This document shows, in pieces, positions 18,766 through 28,529 of a stretch of DNA of 64,000 bases; position 1 is the first letter of the stretch; the number at the start of each line of letters is the position of its first letter. The stretch comes from Alphaproteobacteria bacterium (GTDB lineage Bacteria > Pseudomonadota > Alphaproteobacteria > UBA828). Position numbers and translations under genes: made by a program. The stretch lies in contig CBDCRW010000003.1 in NCBI GenBank assembly GCA_965221125.1, positions 384,001 to 448,000 of the forward strand, read 5' to 3'. The notes below the pieces were generated by a model, which saw nothing but the letters and a program-made list of their open reading frames with translations, was not told the origin of the DNA and searched no databases.

Positions 18766-20007
18766 ATGAGCTTGAGGTCGAAATTCCTGGCGCTGGCGGC
18801 GGGCCTTTGCCTGACTGTCGGCGGAGCTGCGGGCGCGGCGGCGGCCGATGTGCAACTGTTCCACGACAAGGGCTTCTGGTCGGAAGCGTTTCAGAAGATG
18901 GGCGATGCGTCCGAGAGGGATACGGGAAACCGCATCGTCGAGGTCGCCTACGCCAACCCCGAGCAGTACAAGGCGTTCATCCAGTCGGCGATCGCGAGCG
19001 GCGAGACACCCGACATGTTCACGTGGTGGACAGGCGGCGTCTACAAGGACCTCGTGGAATCGGGCGCGCTCGCGGAGCTCGACGGCATCTGGGAAGAAAT
19101 TCTCGCGACCGGCGACTTCGTCGAGAGCACGCGCGACTTCTACAAGGTGGGCGACCACATCTACGGCGTGCCGCTCCACCTCTCGCGCTGGGTCGCGTTC
19201 TACAACAAGGCCCAGTTCGCCGAGGTCGGGATCGAAGAGCCCGGGACCTGGGACGAGCTGATGGCGGCGGCCGATGCGCTGCTGGCTGCGGGACACGCAC
19301 CGTTCCACGCGACCGTGCAGGACGGCTGGCGCGGCTTCATCTGGTTCCAGGAGATCATGATCCGCACCGACCCCGCCGCGTATAACGGCCTGCACGACGG
19401 CTCGGTGCCCTATGACAGCGACGCCGTGCGCAACGCTTTCCAGATCTGGTCGGACTGGTACGCGAAGGGGTATTTCTCCGACCCGCGCTCGACCGAGGAG
19501 GCCGCCGACTTCGCCCGCGGCAAGGGCTCCATCTACCTGATCGGCGACTGGGCCGTCGGCCTGATCGAGGCGGCGGGCATGAAGGCCGGCGACGACTTCG
19601 GCGTATTCATCATGCCCAACATGGACGGGGCGCTGCCGCCCTCCGTCATCGTCGAGGGCGGCCCGATCGTGATGTCCAAGGAGGCGCTCGACAAGCCGGA
19701 CGTGGTCGGCGCGCTCAAGTACTTCGTGTCGGTGGCGGGCGCCAATGCCTGGGCCGAGGCGTCGGGGAACTACATGGGCAACAACAACGCCGAGCCGCCC
19801 AACGTCCTCGTGGCCAAGATCAACGACACCGTGGCGGCGGAAGGCACGCTCGCCCTCGAGCGCTGGTGGGAGGCCGTGCCGGCGGACGTGCAAGGCGAGG
19901 CGGTCGCCGAGTTCAACCGCTTCATGCTCAATCCCACCATGGAGACGGCCGAAGAGGTCATGGCCAATATCCAGGAGGTGAACGCGGAGTACTGGGATAG
20001 CCAGTGA
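18766..20007 (+). CDS. Carbohydrate ABC substrate-binding protein (family 1)
   Basis: Sec signal peptide, PDMF, YGVP, FYNK, TWDEL. Confidence 0.9.
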   Translation: MSLRSKFLALAAGLCLTVGGAAGAAAADVQLFHDKGFWSEAFQKMGDASERDTGNRIVEVAYANPEQYKAFIQSAIASGETPDMFTWWTGGVYKDLVESGALAELDGIWEEILATGDFVESTRDFYKVGDHIYGVPLHLSRWVAFYNKAQFAEVGIEEPGTWDELMAAADALLAAGHAPFHATVQDGWRGFIWFQEIMIRTDPAAYNGLHDGSVPYDSDAVRNAFQIWSDWYAKGYFSDPRSTEEAADFARGKGSIYLIGDWAVGLIEAAGMKAGDDFGVFIMPNMDGALPPSVIVEGGPIVMSKEALDKPDVVGALKYFVSVAGANAWAEASGNYMGNNNAEPPNVLVAKINDTVAAEGTLALERWWEAVPADVQGEAVAEFNRFMLNPTMETAEEVMANIQEVNAEYWDSQ

Positions 20008-21038
20008 CGCGGAAACGCGTACGCACAGGAGGAGCGGCCGGCCCTGCCGGCCGCACTCCGGGCTCTCTCGATGCGTTCGCGGCCGAAGAGAGCCAGCGCG
20101 AGCGCGATGCGGAACTGCTGGAGCGCATCGGCTGGGAGAGCATCGAGGCGAACGAGAAGCGGCGCCTGCGGCGCAACTTCTGGCTCGCTTTCGGCTTCAT
20201 GGCGCCCGCGGTGGCGCTGGTCTCGGGCCTGCTGCTCGCGCCGGTCGTCTACAACATCTACCTGAGCTTCACGAAGTGGAAGAAGTTCAAGGGGCTGGAT
20301 CAGTTCGCCGGCGCCGCGAACTACGAGAGGCTCGCGACCCACCGGCTCTTCGGCGACGCGCTCTACAACACCTCGCTCTGGGTCGTCGCCTCGATCATCT
20401 TCCCGCTCGCGATCGGCTTCGGCCTCGCCGTCTTCCTGCGCGGGGTGGCGCTGGAGAACACCTTCAAGAGTGTGATCTTCCTGCCGCGCATCCTGGCTCC
20501 GACCGCGGTCGGGGTGATCTGGTTCTACGTCTACGCGCCGGACGGCGTCGTCAACCGCTTCCTCTCCTTCGCCGCCGGCGACACGGTCGATATCGGCTGG
20601 CTCTACGAGGAGAACACGGTGACGCCCGCCATCATCGCCACCTTCGTGTGGCAGACGGTGGGGCTCGTCATGGTGCTGATCCTGCTCGGCCTCGCCGCCA
20701 TTCCGAAGGACCCGCTCGAAGCCGCCCGCATCGACGGCGCCACGCGCTGGCAGATCTTCCGCCGCGTCGTCATGCCGCTGCTTCTGCCGACCATCCTGGT
20801 GGTCACCATTCTCAGCGTGCTGGCGGGCTTCACCGTATTCGACCTGCTCTGGATCATGGGCGCGGCCAATCCTGAACTGCGGACGCTCTCGCTCGCCGTC
20901 TTCATGTATTTCGAAGCGTTTCAGAAGGGGTCCTGGGCCTACGGCTCCGCCATCGCCGTGGTCATCGGCGTGGTCGTGCTCAGCGTCACCTGGATTCAGG
21001 CGCTGCTGCAGCACCGGGTCGAGAAGATGACGAAATAG
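20004..21038 (+). CDS. Carbohydrate ABC permease
   Basis: EAARIDGA loop and TM segments. Confidence 0.9.
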   Translation: MTRKRVRTGGAAGPAGRTPGSLDAFAAEESQRERDAELLERIGWESIEANEKRRLRRNFWLAFGFMAPAVALVSGLLLAPVVYNIYLSFTKWKKFKGLDQFAGAANYERLATHRLFGDALYNTSLWVVASIIFPLAIGFGLAVFLRGVALENTFKSVIFLPRILAPTAVGVIWFYVYAPDGVVNRFLSFAAGDTVDIGWLYEENTVTPAIIATFVWQTVGLVMVLILLGLAAIPKDPLEAARIDGATRWQIFRRVVMPLLLPTILVVTILSVLAGFTVFDLLWIMGAANPELRTLSLAVFMYFEAFQKGSWAYGSAIAVVIGVVVLSVTWIQALLQHRVEKMTK

Positions 21039-21049
21039 GGCGGGCGGCG

Positions 21050-21931
21050 ATGGCGGTCAATCTGGATGAGCTCGATCTCGAGCGGCTCGCCGCCAGGGAG
21101 CGGCGCGCCGGCGCGGGCTCGTCCATAAAATTCGTCTTCGCGGTCTTTATCGGCGCCATCTGGATCGTTCCCTTCTATTACCTCATCGTCTCGATCTTCA
21201 AGACGACCGAGCAGTACTCGCTCAATCATCCGCTCTCGCTGCCGACCGGCGTCGCGCCCTTTCTCGCCAACGCCATCGACGCATGGGTGACGGCGAAGAT
21301 GGGCGCCGGCCTGCTGAACTCGACGCTCTACGGCCTCGTGGGCGCGGGACTTGCCGTCTTCTTCGCGGCGATGGCCGCCTACGGCCTCTCGCGCATCGAT
21401 TTCAAGCGGAAGAATTTCTGGTTCATGCTGATCTTCGCAGGCACGGTGTTCCCGTTCCAGATGTACCTGATCCCGCTCTTCTTCGGCTACCAGAAGGCCG
21501 GCATCATCAACACCCACTTCGGCATGCTGCTCGTCTACACGGCGATCTGCATTCCCTTTCCGACCCTCGTGCTGAAGAACTACATGAACGGCCTGTCGCG
21601 GGAGATGGACGAGGCGGCGCGCATGGACGGCGCCAGGGAATTCACCGTCTTCTGGCGCATCGTGCTGCCGAACTGCAAGGGGCCGATAACCGCGACCTTC
21701 CTCCTGCAATTCACCTGGATCTGGAACGACCTCCTGTTCTCCACGGTGCTCGCGAACCGGACCGAGACCCGCTCGATCATGAACGCTCTCCAGGTCTTCC
21801 AGGGGAGCTACTCGTCGACCGGGCCTAACGTGGTGCTGACGGCCACGATCATCGCGACCGTTCCCTCGGTTCTGCTGTTCTTCCTGCTGCGACGTCACTT
21901 CATGGAGGGCATGCGAATCTCGTCGCTCTGA
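21050..21931 (+). CDS. Carbohydrate ABC permease
   Basis: EMDEAARMDGA, WNDLL, TM segments. Confidence 0.9.
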   Translation: MAVNLDELDLERLAARERRAGAGSSIKFVFAVFIGAIWIVPFYYLIVSIFKTTEQYSLNHPLSLPTGVAPFLANAIDAWVTAKMGAGLLNSTLYGLVGAGLAVFFAAMAAYGLSRIDFKRKNFWFMLIFAGTVFPFQMYLIPLFFGYQKAGIINTHFGMLLVYTAICIPFPTLVLKNYMNGLSREMDEAARMDGAREFTVFWRIVLPNCKGPITATFLLQFTWIWNDLLFSTVLANRTETRSIMNALQVFQGSYSSTGPNVVLTATIIATVPSVLLFFLLRRHFMEGMRISSL

Positions 21932-22191
21932 ACTGAGCAGTTCTGGCGGACGCACTGTCGCATGAGGAGCTTCAAAGGGGACGAGAAAAGCAAACACGCG
22001 ATGGCAGAATTGCCGGCGCTTTCCCCGGTCGCGCGGCCGGAACACCCTAGCCCGGATTTCCAGCCAATGTCATGGGCGGCGCGGCCCGATTGTTCGAAAT
22101 ATCCAGACAATCGGTTCGGGAAACGGCAGTATGCGTCCGCAGGCAGAGCACCTATCGTCGGCTGCGGACAATCTCGGCAAGAGGAACACGC

Positions 22192-23421
22192 ATGAGCGGG
22201 CCGTTCGAGGGCGTGAAGATCGTCGACCTGACCACCATGCTGTCCGGCCCCTGGGCGACCTCGATCCTGGGCGACCAGGGCGCCGACGTGATCAAGGTCG
22301 AGGTGCCGGGCAAGGGCGATCACGTGCGCGCGCTCGGCAACCAGCAGGGCGGCATGTCGTCGATGTTCCTGAACATCAACCGCAACAAGCGCTCGATCAC
22401 GCTCGACCTCAAGAAGCCGGAAGGCCGCGACCTCCTGCTCAGGATCGCCGGGACGGCCGACGTCTTTGTCCAGAACTTCCGCCCCGGCGTCGTCGAGCGT
22501 CTGGGCGTCGCTTACGAGGACGTGGCGAAGGTCAATCCGCGCATCGTCTACATGTCGCTCTCCGGCTTCGGCGAGAAGGGGCCGTGGGTCCACAAGCCGG
22601 TCTACGACCCCGTGATCCAGGCGCTCTCCGGGCTCACCACGATCCAGGCAGGGTCGGACGAGGAGCGTCCGCGGCTGGTCCGCACCGTGCTGCCCGACAA
22701 GTTCTCCGCCATGACTGCCTCGCAGGCCATCGGCGCCGCGCTCTTCCGGCGGGAGCGGACGGGCGCGGGCCAGCACGTTCGGCTCTCCATGCTGGATGCG
22801 ATCCTGCAGTTCCTCTGGGTCTCGGACTATGGCGCCCAGACCTTTCCCGACGCCGAGGTCTCCAACCAGGCGGCGGCGAGCTTCATCGACCTGATCTACG
22901 AGACGAAGGACGGCCACATGACCGTCGCCGTCATGTCCGACCGCGAATGGAACGGCCTCTGCAAGGCGCTGGAGCGGGAGGAGTGGCTCGAGGACGAGCG
23001 TTTCGCTACGCCGTCCGCCCGCGACGCGCACGTCGACGAGCGGCTCGAGATGACCCAGCAGGTGCTGCTGGAGCGGACGACCGACGAATGGATGGGTATT
23101 CTCGAAGCCTGCGGCGTGCCCTGCGCGCCGGCGCTCACGCGGAACGGCGTGATCGAGCATCCGCAGGTGGCGGCAAGCGAGGTCCTGGTCGAGATCGAGC
23201 ATCCCGCCGCCGGGCGGCTGCGCCAGACCCGCAATGCGGCCCGCTTCCAGGGCTCGCCGGCGGCCCATCGGCTGGGCGCCCCGCAGCTCGGCGAGCATTG
23301 CACGGAAATCCTGTCCGCCCTCGGCCTGAGCGAGGCGGACATCGTCGCGCTGCACAAGAGCGGCGTCATCGGCGGCGAGAACGATCCGGCCCTGCGCGCC
23401 TATTCGGCGGCGGCCGAGTAG
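22192..23421 (+). CDS. Family III (CaiB/BaiF) CoA transferase, possibly IsoG-like by context
   Basis: GADVIKVE, NRNKRSITLDLK, NFRPG, DPVIQALSG. Confidence 0.9.
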   Translation: MSGPFEGVKIVDLTTMLSGPWATSILGDQGADVIKVEVPGKGDHVRALGNQQGGMSSMFLNINRNKRSITLDLKKPEGRDLLLRIAGTADVFVQNFRPGVVERLGVAYEDVAKVNPRIVYMSLSGFGEKGPWVHKPVYDPVIQALSGLTTIQAGSDEERPRLVRTVLPDKFSAMTASQAIGAALFRRERTGAGQHVRLSMLDAILQFLWVSDYGAQTFPDAEVSNQAAASFIDLIYETKDGHMTVAVMSDREWNGLCKALEREEWLEDERFATPSARDAHVDERLEMTQQVLLERTTDEWMGILEACGVPCAPALTRNGVIEHPQVAASEVLVEIEHPAAGRLRQTRNAARFQGSPAAHRLGAPQLGEHCTEILSALGLSEADIVALHKSGVIGGENDPALRAYSAAAE

Positions 23422-23448
23422 GACCCCGTGACGCCCGGGATATCCGCC

Positions 23449-24357
23449 TCAACCCAGGTTGAAGGCGGACTTCGCGTCCTCCTTGAGGAAATCGAGGAAG
23501 GCGCGGAGCCTCGGCGGCATGCGGCGGCGATGCACGTAGGTCGCGGAGATGGCGCCCGGCCGGTGCCGCCAGCCCGGCAGCAGGCGGACGATGCGGCCGC
23601 TCTCGATCTCGCCCCGGACGGCGTAGTCCGGCAGCAGCGCGGCGCCCGCCCCGTCGAGCACGAACTGCTTGGCGGTCATGCCCGAGTTCGTGCGGATCGA
23701 GGGGTCGACCTTGACGCTGGCATCGTCGTGGTCGGCGTCGGTCAGCGTGAGCCGGTCGAAGTCCGGCATGACGGTGAGCGTGATCCACGGCTTGTGGGTG
23801 AGATCCAGCGGCGAGCGGATCGGCCCGAAGGTCTTGAGATAGCCGGGCGACGCGCAGGGGATCATCTCGAAGTCGCAGATCTTGACGGCGTGGAGCTCGG
23901 TGGATTTCAGCCAGCCGATGCGGAAGGCGATGTCGTAGCCGCCTTCGATGATGTTGGTGATGCTGTCCTGCACGTCGAGCTCGATGTCGACCTTGGGGTG
24001 CCGCTCGCGGAAGCGCTTGACCGCGCCGGTGAGGTAGACCACGGCGAGGTTCTGGGAGGCCGTCATGCGGATGATGCCGGACGGCAGTTCCTGCTGCGTC
24101 TCCAGCCTTTCCACGGCGGTGCCGACGATGTCGATCATCCGCTCGGCGGCGTCTGCGAGCGTATGGCCCTCGTGGGTGATCGCCACCGAGCGGGTCGAGC
24201 GGTTGAGCAGGCGCACGTTGAGCTCGCGTTCGAGGTCGCTCACGTGCTGGCTGACCACGGACTTGCTGAGGTTGAGCGCCTGCGCGGCGCGGGTGAAGTT
24301 GCCGGTCTCGACGACCTTCTGAAACACGCTGATCCGGTAGAGATGCTTCAGATCCAT
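23449..24357 (-). CDS. LysR-family transcriptional regulator
   Basis: FTRAAQALNLSKSVVSQHVSDLERELNVRLLNRSTR HTH; divergent from the monooxygenase operon. Confidence 0.95.
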   Translation of the reverse strand: MDLKHLYRISVFQKVVETGNFTRAAQALNLSKSVVSQHVSDLERELNVRLLNRSTRSVAITHEGHTLADAAERMIDIVGTAVERLETQQELPSGIIRMTASQNLAVVYLTGAVKRFRERHPKVDIELDVQDSITNIIEGGYDIAFRIGWLKSTELHAVKICDFEMIPCASPGYLKTFGPIRSPLDLTHKPWITLTVMPDFDRLTLTDADHDDASVKVDPSIRTNSGMTAKQFVLDGAGAALLPDYAVRGEIESGRIVRLLPGWRHRPGAISATYVHRRRMPPRLRAFLDFLKEDAKSAFNLG

Positions 24358-24378
24358 TGTTCGGCTCAACGGAACAAT
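24356..24378. promoter_or_regulatory. Putative LysR recognition site (T-N11-A dyad)
   Basis: ATTGTTC-N9-GAACAAT perfect dyad, with T24361/A24373, in the divergent region and overlapping the lysR start codon. Confidence 0.65.
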
Positions 24379-24469
24379 CAATTTGGGAAGTTGCTATAGC
24401 GGCGATACCGGGCGGTGCCTAGGGTAAAGCGAGTTTCGGTATCGGCCGACATGGGGGGTGAACGGCTGA

Positions 24470-25150
24470 ATGGCGAGCTATCTGGTCATCGGCGCGGATC
24501 GCGGAATCGGCCTCTCTCTCTGCCGGCAGCTCGCCGCGCGGGGCGAGACGGTGGTCTCGGTCTGCCTGGGCATGGGCGAGGCCTACAACGGCGCGGGCGT
24601 TTCCGTGATCCCCAACGTGGACGTGACCTCGGCGGGCGCCGTGGCCGCCATGGCCGGGGCGCTGGAAGCCCGCGGCGAGAAGATCGATTGCCTCATTCAT
24701 GTCGCCGGCGTGCTCGGCCTCGATGAGCTGGGCAGGATCGACTACGACGACGTCCGCCGGCAGATCGAGATCAACACCATCGGCCCGTTGCGCGCGATCG
24801 AGGCGGCGCTCCCCCATCTGGCTGCGGACGCCAAGGTGGGCGTGATCACCAGCCGCGTCGGCTCGCTCTCGGACAACGGCTCCGGTCAGATGTACGCCTA
24901 CCGCGCGTCCAAGGCGGGCGCCAACATGGTGACCCTCAACCTCCACCATGACCTCTCGGGCCGCGGCATCGCCGTGGCGGCGCTGCACCCCGGCATGGTG
25001 GCGACCGATCTCACCAAGGATATTCCGGGAGACTTCGACTACATCACGCCCGACGAGGCGGCCGCAGGGCTGATCCGGCGGATGGACGCCCTCAGCCTCG
25101 AGACATCGGGCCGGTTCTGGCATGCCAACGGCGAAGAGCTGGCGTGGTGA
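24470..25150 (+). CDS. isoH: SDR dehydrogenase, IsoH-like
   Basis: GADRGIG, YRASK, HPG motifs; 226 aa; directly upstream of an IsoI-like GST and the monooxygenase. Symbol rests on context and recalled similarity. Confidence 0.72.
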   Translation: MASYLVIGADRGIGLSLCRQLAARGETVVSVCLGMGEAYNGAGVSVIPNVDVTSAGAVAAMAGALEARGEKIDCLIHVAGVLGLDELGRIDYDDVRRQIEINTIGPLRAIEAALPHLAADAKVGVITSRVGSLSDNGSGQMYAYRASKAGANMVTLNLHHDLSGRGIAVAALHPGMVATDLTKDIPGDFDYITPDEAAAGLIRRMDALSLETSGRFWHANGEELAW

Positions 25151-25178
25151 CGGCCATGGCGACGGCCATGGCGACGGC
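25149..25178 (+). repeat. 12-bp tandem repeat GACGGCCATGGC x2.5
   Basis: Copies at 25149 and 25161, partial copy at 25173. Confidence 0.8.
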
Positions 25179-25226
25179 ATCGCTTGGAATGCCTGACGAA
25201 CGAACGCGCAGAGCGGAGGGAAAACC

Positions 25227-25940
25227 ATGATCAAGGTCTACGGGTATCTGCCAGGCTGGACGGTGCCGTGCATCAGCCCCTACGTCACCAAGGCCATGTA
25301 CTACATGAAGATGGCGGGGATCGAGCACGAGTTCGTCAACCAGGACCTGACGAGCCTCGACCGGGATACGCCCCACGGCAAGCTGCCGATGATCGAGGAC
25401 GGCGACGAGAAGGTCGCGGATTCCACGGCCATCATCAACTACCTCAAGGGCAAGTACGGCGACCCGCTGGATGGCGGCGCGTCCGCCGCCGAGCAGGCGG
25501 ACATGCACGCCTGGAACCGCCTGATCGACGAGCACCTCTACTGGACCGCCGTGATCCAGCCGCGCTGGCGCGAGACGCCGAACTTCGAGATCTACCTGCG
25601 GGTCATCGCCGGCACCGACGAGATTCCGCCGCCGCTCCGCGCCTTCGCCGACGACTTCCGCCACCGCATCGTGATGGAGTTCATGGAGGGCGGCTGGGGC
25701 CGCATGTCGGGCGACGTGATCTACGGCCGCGCCCGCGAGGACATCGACGCGATCGACGCCCGCATCGGCGGCGACGGCTTCCTCATGGGCGCCGAGCCCC
25801 GCTCGATCGACGCGGCGGTCGCCTCGATCCTGCGTCACATCATCGACACGCCCTTCGACTTCGACACCAAGGACTACGCGGCCGGCAAGCCGAACCTGAC
25901 CGGCTACCTGGGCCGCATGAAGGCGCGTTTCGACGTCTAG
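25227..25940 (+). CDS. isoI: Glutathione S-transferase, IsoI-like (epoxide-conjugating)
   Basis: MIKVYGYLPGW..ISPYVTK, PHGKLP, ADSTAII; matches the recalled N-terminus of Rhodococcus IsoI. Confidence 0.8.
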   Translation: MIKVYGYLPGWTVPCISPYVTKAMYYMKMAGIEHEFVNQDLTSLDRDTPHGKLPMIEDGDEKVADSTAIINYLKGKYGDPLDGGASAAEQADMHAWNRLIDEHLYWTAVIQPRWRETPNFEIYLRVIAGTDEIPPPLRAFADDFRHRIVMEFMEGGWGRMSGDVIYGRAREDIDAIDARIGGDGFLMGAEPRSIDAAVASILRHIIDTPFDFDTKDYAAGKPNLTGYLGRMKARFDV

Positions 25941-26028
25941 CCGCTTTGCCTCGCGCGGGCCGGGGCGATCCTGCCCGCGCACCGCACCCGACGGCCGCAC
26001 GGCCGATGACAAGGGGGAGAACTGAACG

Positions 26029-27522
26029 ATGGCGTTACTGAACCGTGACGACTGGTACGACATCGCCCGCGACGTCGACTGGGAGCTGAGCTACGTCGAC
26101 CGCGAGGAGGCCTTCCCCGAGGAATGGGTCGGCGCCAAGGGCATCCCGCTCGATGCCTGGGAGGACTGGGACGAGCCCTACCGCGTCTCCTACCGCGAAT
26201 ACGTGATGGTGCAGCGCGAGAAGGAGGCCGGCGTCAGCGCCGTCCGCGAGGCCATGCAGCGGGCCAAGCTCTACAGCAAGCTCGACCCGGGGCACCAAGC
26301 CTCGTCGCACCTGCACATGGGCACGACCTGCATGCTCGAGCAGATGGCGGTGACAATGCAGAGCCACTTCAGCCGCTTCGCGCCAAGCCCTCGCTGGCGC
26401 AGCATGGGTGCCTTCGGAATGCTCGACGAGATCCGGCACGCCCAGCTCGATATGCGCTTCAGCCACGACCTGCTGAACGAGGATCCCCGCTTCGACTGGT
26501 GCCAGAAGGGATATCACACCAACGAGTGGGGCGTGCTGGCCGTCCGCAACTTCTTCGACGACGTGATGATCAATGCCGATTGCGTGGAGGCGGCGCTCGC
26601 GACATCGCTGACGGTCGAGCACGGCTTCACCAACATCCAGTTCATTGCCATGGCGTCGGACGCCATGGAGGCGGGCGACGTCAACTTCTCGAACCTGCTG
26701 TCCAGCATTCAGACCGATGAGTCACGCCATGCCCAGCTCGGGTTCCCGACACTGGACGTCGTCATGAAGCACGATCCGAAGCGGGCCCAGCAGATTCTGG
26801 ATGTGTCGTTCTGGCGCACCTTCCGCCTGTTCCAGACGCTGACCGGCACGTCGATGGACTACTACACGCCGCTCGCCAAGCGGAAGATGTCGTTCAAGGA
26901 GTTCATGCTCGAGTGGATCGTCAAGCACCATGAGCGGATCCTGCGCGACTACGGGCTGGAGAAGCCCTGGTACTGGCCCCAGTTCGAGGTCGCCCTGGAG
27001 CACGGGCACCATTCCATGCACATCGGCACCTGGTTTTGGCGGCCGACCCTCTTCTGGAAGCCCAATGCCGGCGTCTCGAAGGCCGAGCGCAAGTGGCTCA
27101 ACGAGAAGTATCCGAGCTGGGAGGACAGCTGGGGCTATCTCTGGGACGAGATCATCAAGAACGTCAACGACGGCAACATGGAGAAGACCTTCCCCGAGAC
27201 GCTGCCGTCGCTCTGCAACATCACCCAGCTGCCTCTCGGCTCCGGCATCGACCGCCATCACCTCGAATGCCACCAAGTCGTCTACAAGGGCCGCGTCTAC
27301 CAATTCGACAGCGAGATGTCGAAGTGGATCTTCGAGCTGGAGCCGGAGCGCTATGCCGGCCACATGAACGTCGTCGACCGCTTCATCGCCGGCATGATCC
27401 AGCCGATGAACCTCGCGGGCGGGCTGGAGTACATGAGCATCACGCCCGAGGTGATGGGCGACGACGTGTACGGCTACACCTGGGCCGAGGACTATAAGGA
27501 GATGCCGGCGGCGGCCGAGTAG
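26029..27522 (+). CDS. isoA: Soluble diiron alkene/isoprene monooxygenase alpha subunit (XamoA/IsoA-like)
   Basis: Diiron ligands DEIRH and DESRH; MALLNRDDWYDIARDVDW N-terminus; C-terminal YHS-like region. Confidence 0.9.
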   Translation: MALLNRDDWYDIARDVDWELSYVDREEAFPEEWVGAKGIPLDAWEDWDEPYRVSYREYVMVQREKEAGVSAVREAMQRAKLYSKLDPGHQASSHLHMGTTCMLEQMAVTMQSHFSRFAPSPRWRSMGAFGMLDEIRHAQLDMRFSHDLLNEDPRFDWCQKGYHTNEWGVLAVRNFFDDVMINADCVEAALATSLTVEHGFTNIQFIAMASDAMEAGDVNFSNLLSSIQTDESRHAQLGFPTLDVVMKHDPKRAQQILDVSFWRTFRLFQTLTGTSMDYYTPLAKRKMSFKEFMLEWIVKHHERILRDYGLEKPWYWPQFEVALEHGHHSMHIGTWFWRPTLFWKPNAGVSKAERKWLNEKYPSWEDSWGYLWDEIIKNVNDGNMEKTFPETLPSLCNITQLPLGSGIDRHHLECHQVVYKGRVYQFDSEMSKWIFELEPERYAGHMNVVDRFIAGMIQPMNLAGGLEYMSITPEVMGDDVYGYTWAEDYKEMPAAAE

Positions 27523-27550
27523 CCCGGCACCCCAGCGCGGAGGATAGAAG

Positions 27551-27817
27551 ATGGCTCTCTTCCCGATCACCGGCCGCGTTGTCGGCGACCACATTCCGCA
27601 CCTCGTGGCGGTCGATACCGAGGACACCTTCGACCAGATCGCGGAGAAGGCGGCGGTGCACAGCGTGGGCCGGCGCCTGCCGGACAATCCCGATGCCACC
27701 GGCTTCGAGGTCCTGTTCAACGGCGAGGTTCTGCCGGGCGACCAGAAGCTCGAGGAGCTGATGGCAACCACGGAGATCCTGCCGCTTCAATGGTTCGACA
27801 TCCGATGGAAGGAGTAG
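27551..27817 (+). CDS. isoB: Monooxygenase gamma subunit (XamoB/IsoB/TmoB-like)
   Basis: 88 aa, MALFPI..GD..HLVAVDTEDT..AVHSVGRR. Confidence 0.88.
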   Translation: MALFPITGRVVGDHIPHLVAVDTEDTFDQIAEKAAVHSVGRRLPDNPDATGFEVLFNGEVLPGDQKLEELMATTEILPLQWFDIRWKE

Positions 27818-28167
27818 CGGCGGTCGCTTCGGCAGCGGCCGACGGCATCGATTACGTCGATCTCTGTGCCGAGGACGAGCTCTGGGATGGCGACATGGAT
27901 GCCTTCGACGTGGGCGAGCACGAAGTGCTGCTGGTCCGCTACGGCGGCCGGTACTTCGCCTACGACGCCATCTGCCCGCACCAGAGCACGTCGCTGGCGG
28001 ACGGCGAGTTGACGGAGGACGGCGTCATCATCTGTCAGGCCCATCTCTGGGAATTTCGGGCCGACGGCGGCCAGGGGATCAACCCGGCCAACGAGTGCCT
28101 GAAGAGGTTTCCCGTGAAGGTGGAGGACGGCCGCGTCTTCGTGGGCTCCGAGCCCGACGCCGGATAG
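27805..28167 (+). CDS. isoC: Rieske ferredoxin (XamoC/IsoC/TmoC-like)
   Basis: CPHQ...CQAH Rieske ligands; GINP. Start uncertain. Confidence 0.88.
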   Translation: MEGVAAVASAAADGIDYVDLCAEDELWDGDMDAFDVGEHEVLLVRYGGRYFAYDAICPHQSTSLADGELTEDGVIICQAHLWEFRADGGQGINPANECLKRFPVKVEDGRVFVGSEPDAG

Positions 28168-28188
28168 CGCGAGAAAGGAACGAGGATC

Positions 28189-28494
28189 ATGAGTTCCGAT
28201 GAATTCACGACGATGGACGACAATCTGGTCGGCCCGGTCGTCCGCTCGGGCGATCTCGCCGACGCGGTGATCGATGCGGCGATCGAGGACAATCCGGATC
28301 GCGAGGTGTTGGTCTTCGAACGCGAGGACTACGTCCGCATTCATGCGGAGCGCAATTGCGTGGTGACCAGGGCGTCCATCGAGAAGCACCTGGGCCGCGC
28401 CTTCAACATGGCCATGCTCGAGATCGAGATGCCGTCCTTCAAGGGCCGCATGCAATCGAGCACGGAGCAGATGCGCTGGTACTACGTCAACTGA
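28189..28494 (+). CDS. isoD: Monooxygenase coupling/effector protein (MmoB/DmpM family; XamoD/IsoD)
   Basis: VGPV, IEDNPD, DYVRI, LGR, PSFKGR. Confidence 0.88.
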   Translation: MSSDEFTTMDDNLVGPVVRSGDLADAVIDAAIEDNPDREVLVFEREDYVRIHAERNCVVTRASIEKHLGRAFNMAMLEIEMPSFKGRMQSSTEQMRWYYVN

Positions 28495-28529
28495 CGGTCC
28501 AGGCAGCAAGAGAGACACCGGGGGGAATC

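Noticed and set aside
22192-23421. Naming the CoA transferase isoG
   Set aside because: It lies on the far side of lysR, convergent with it, and two more family III paralogues occur in the window; orthology cannot be shown by eye.
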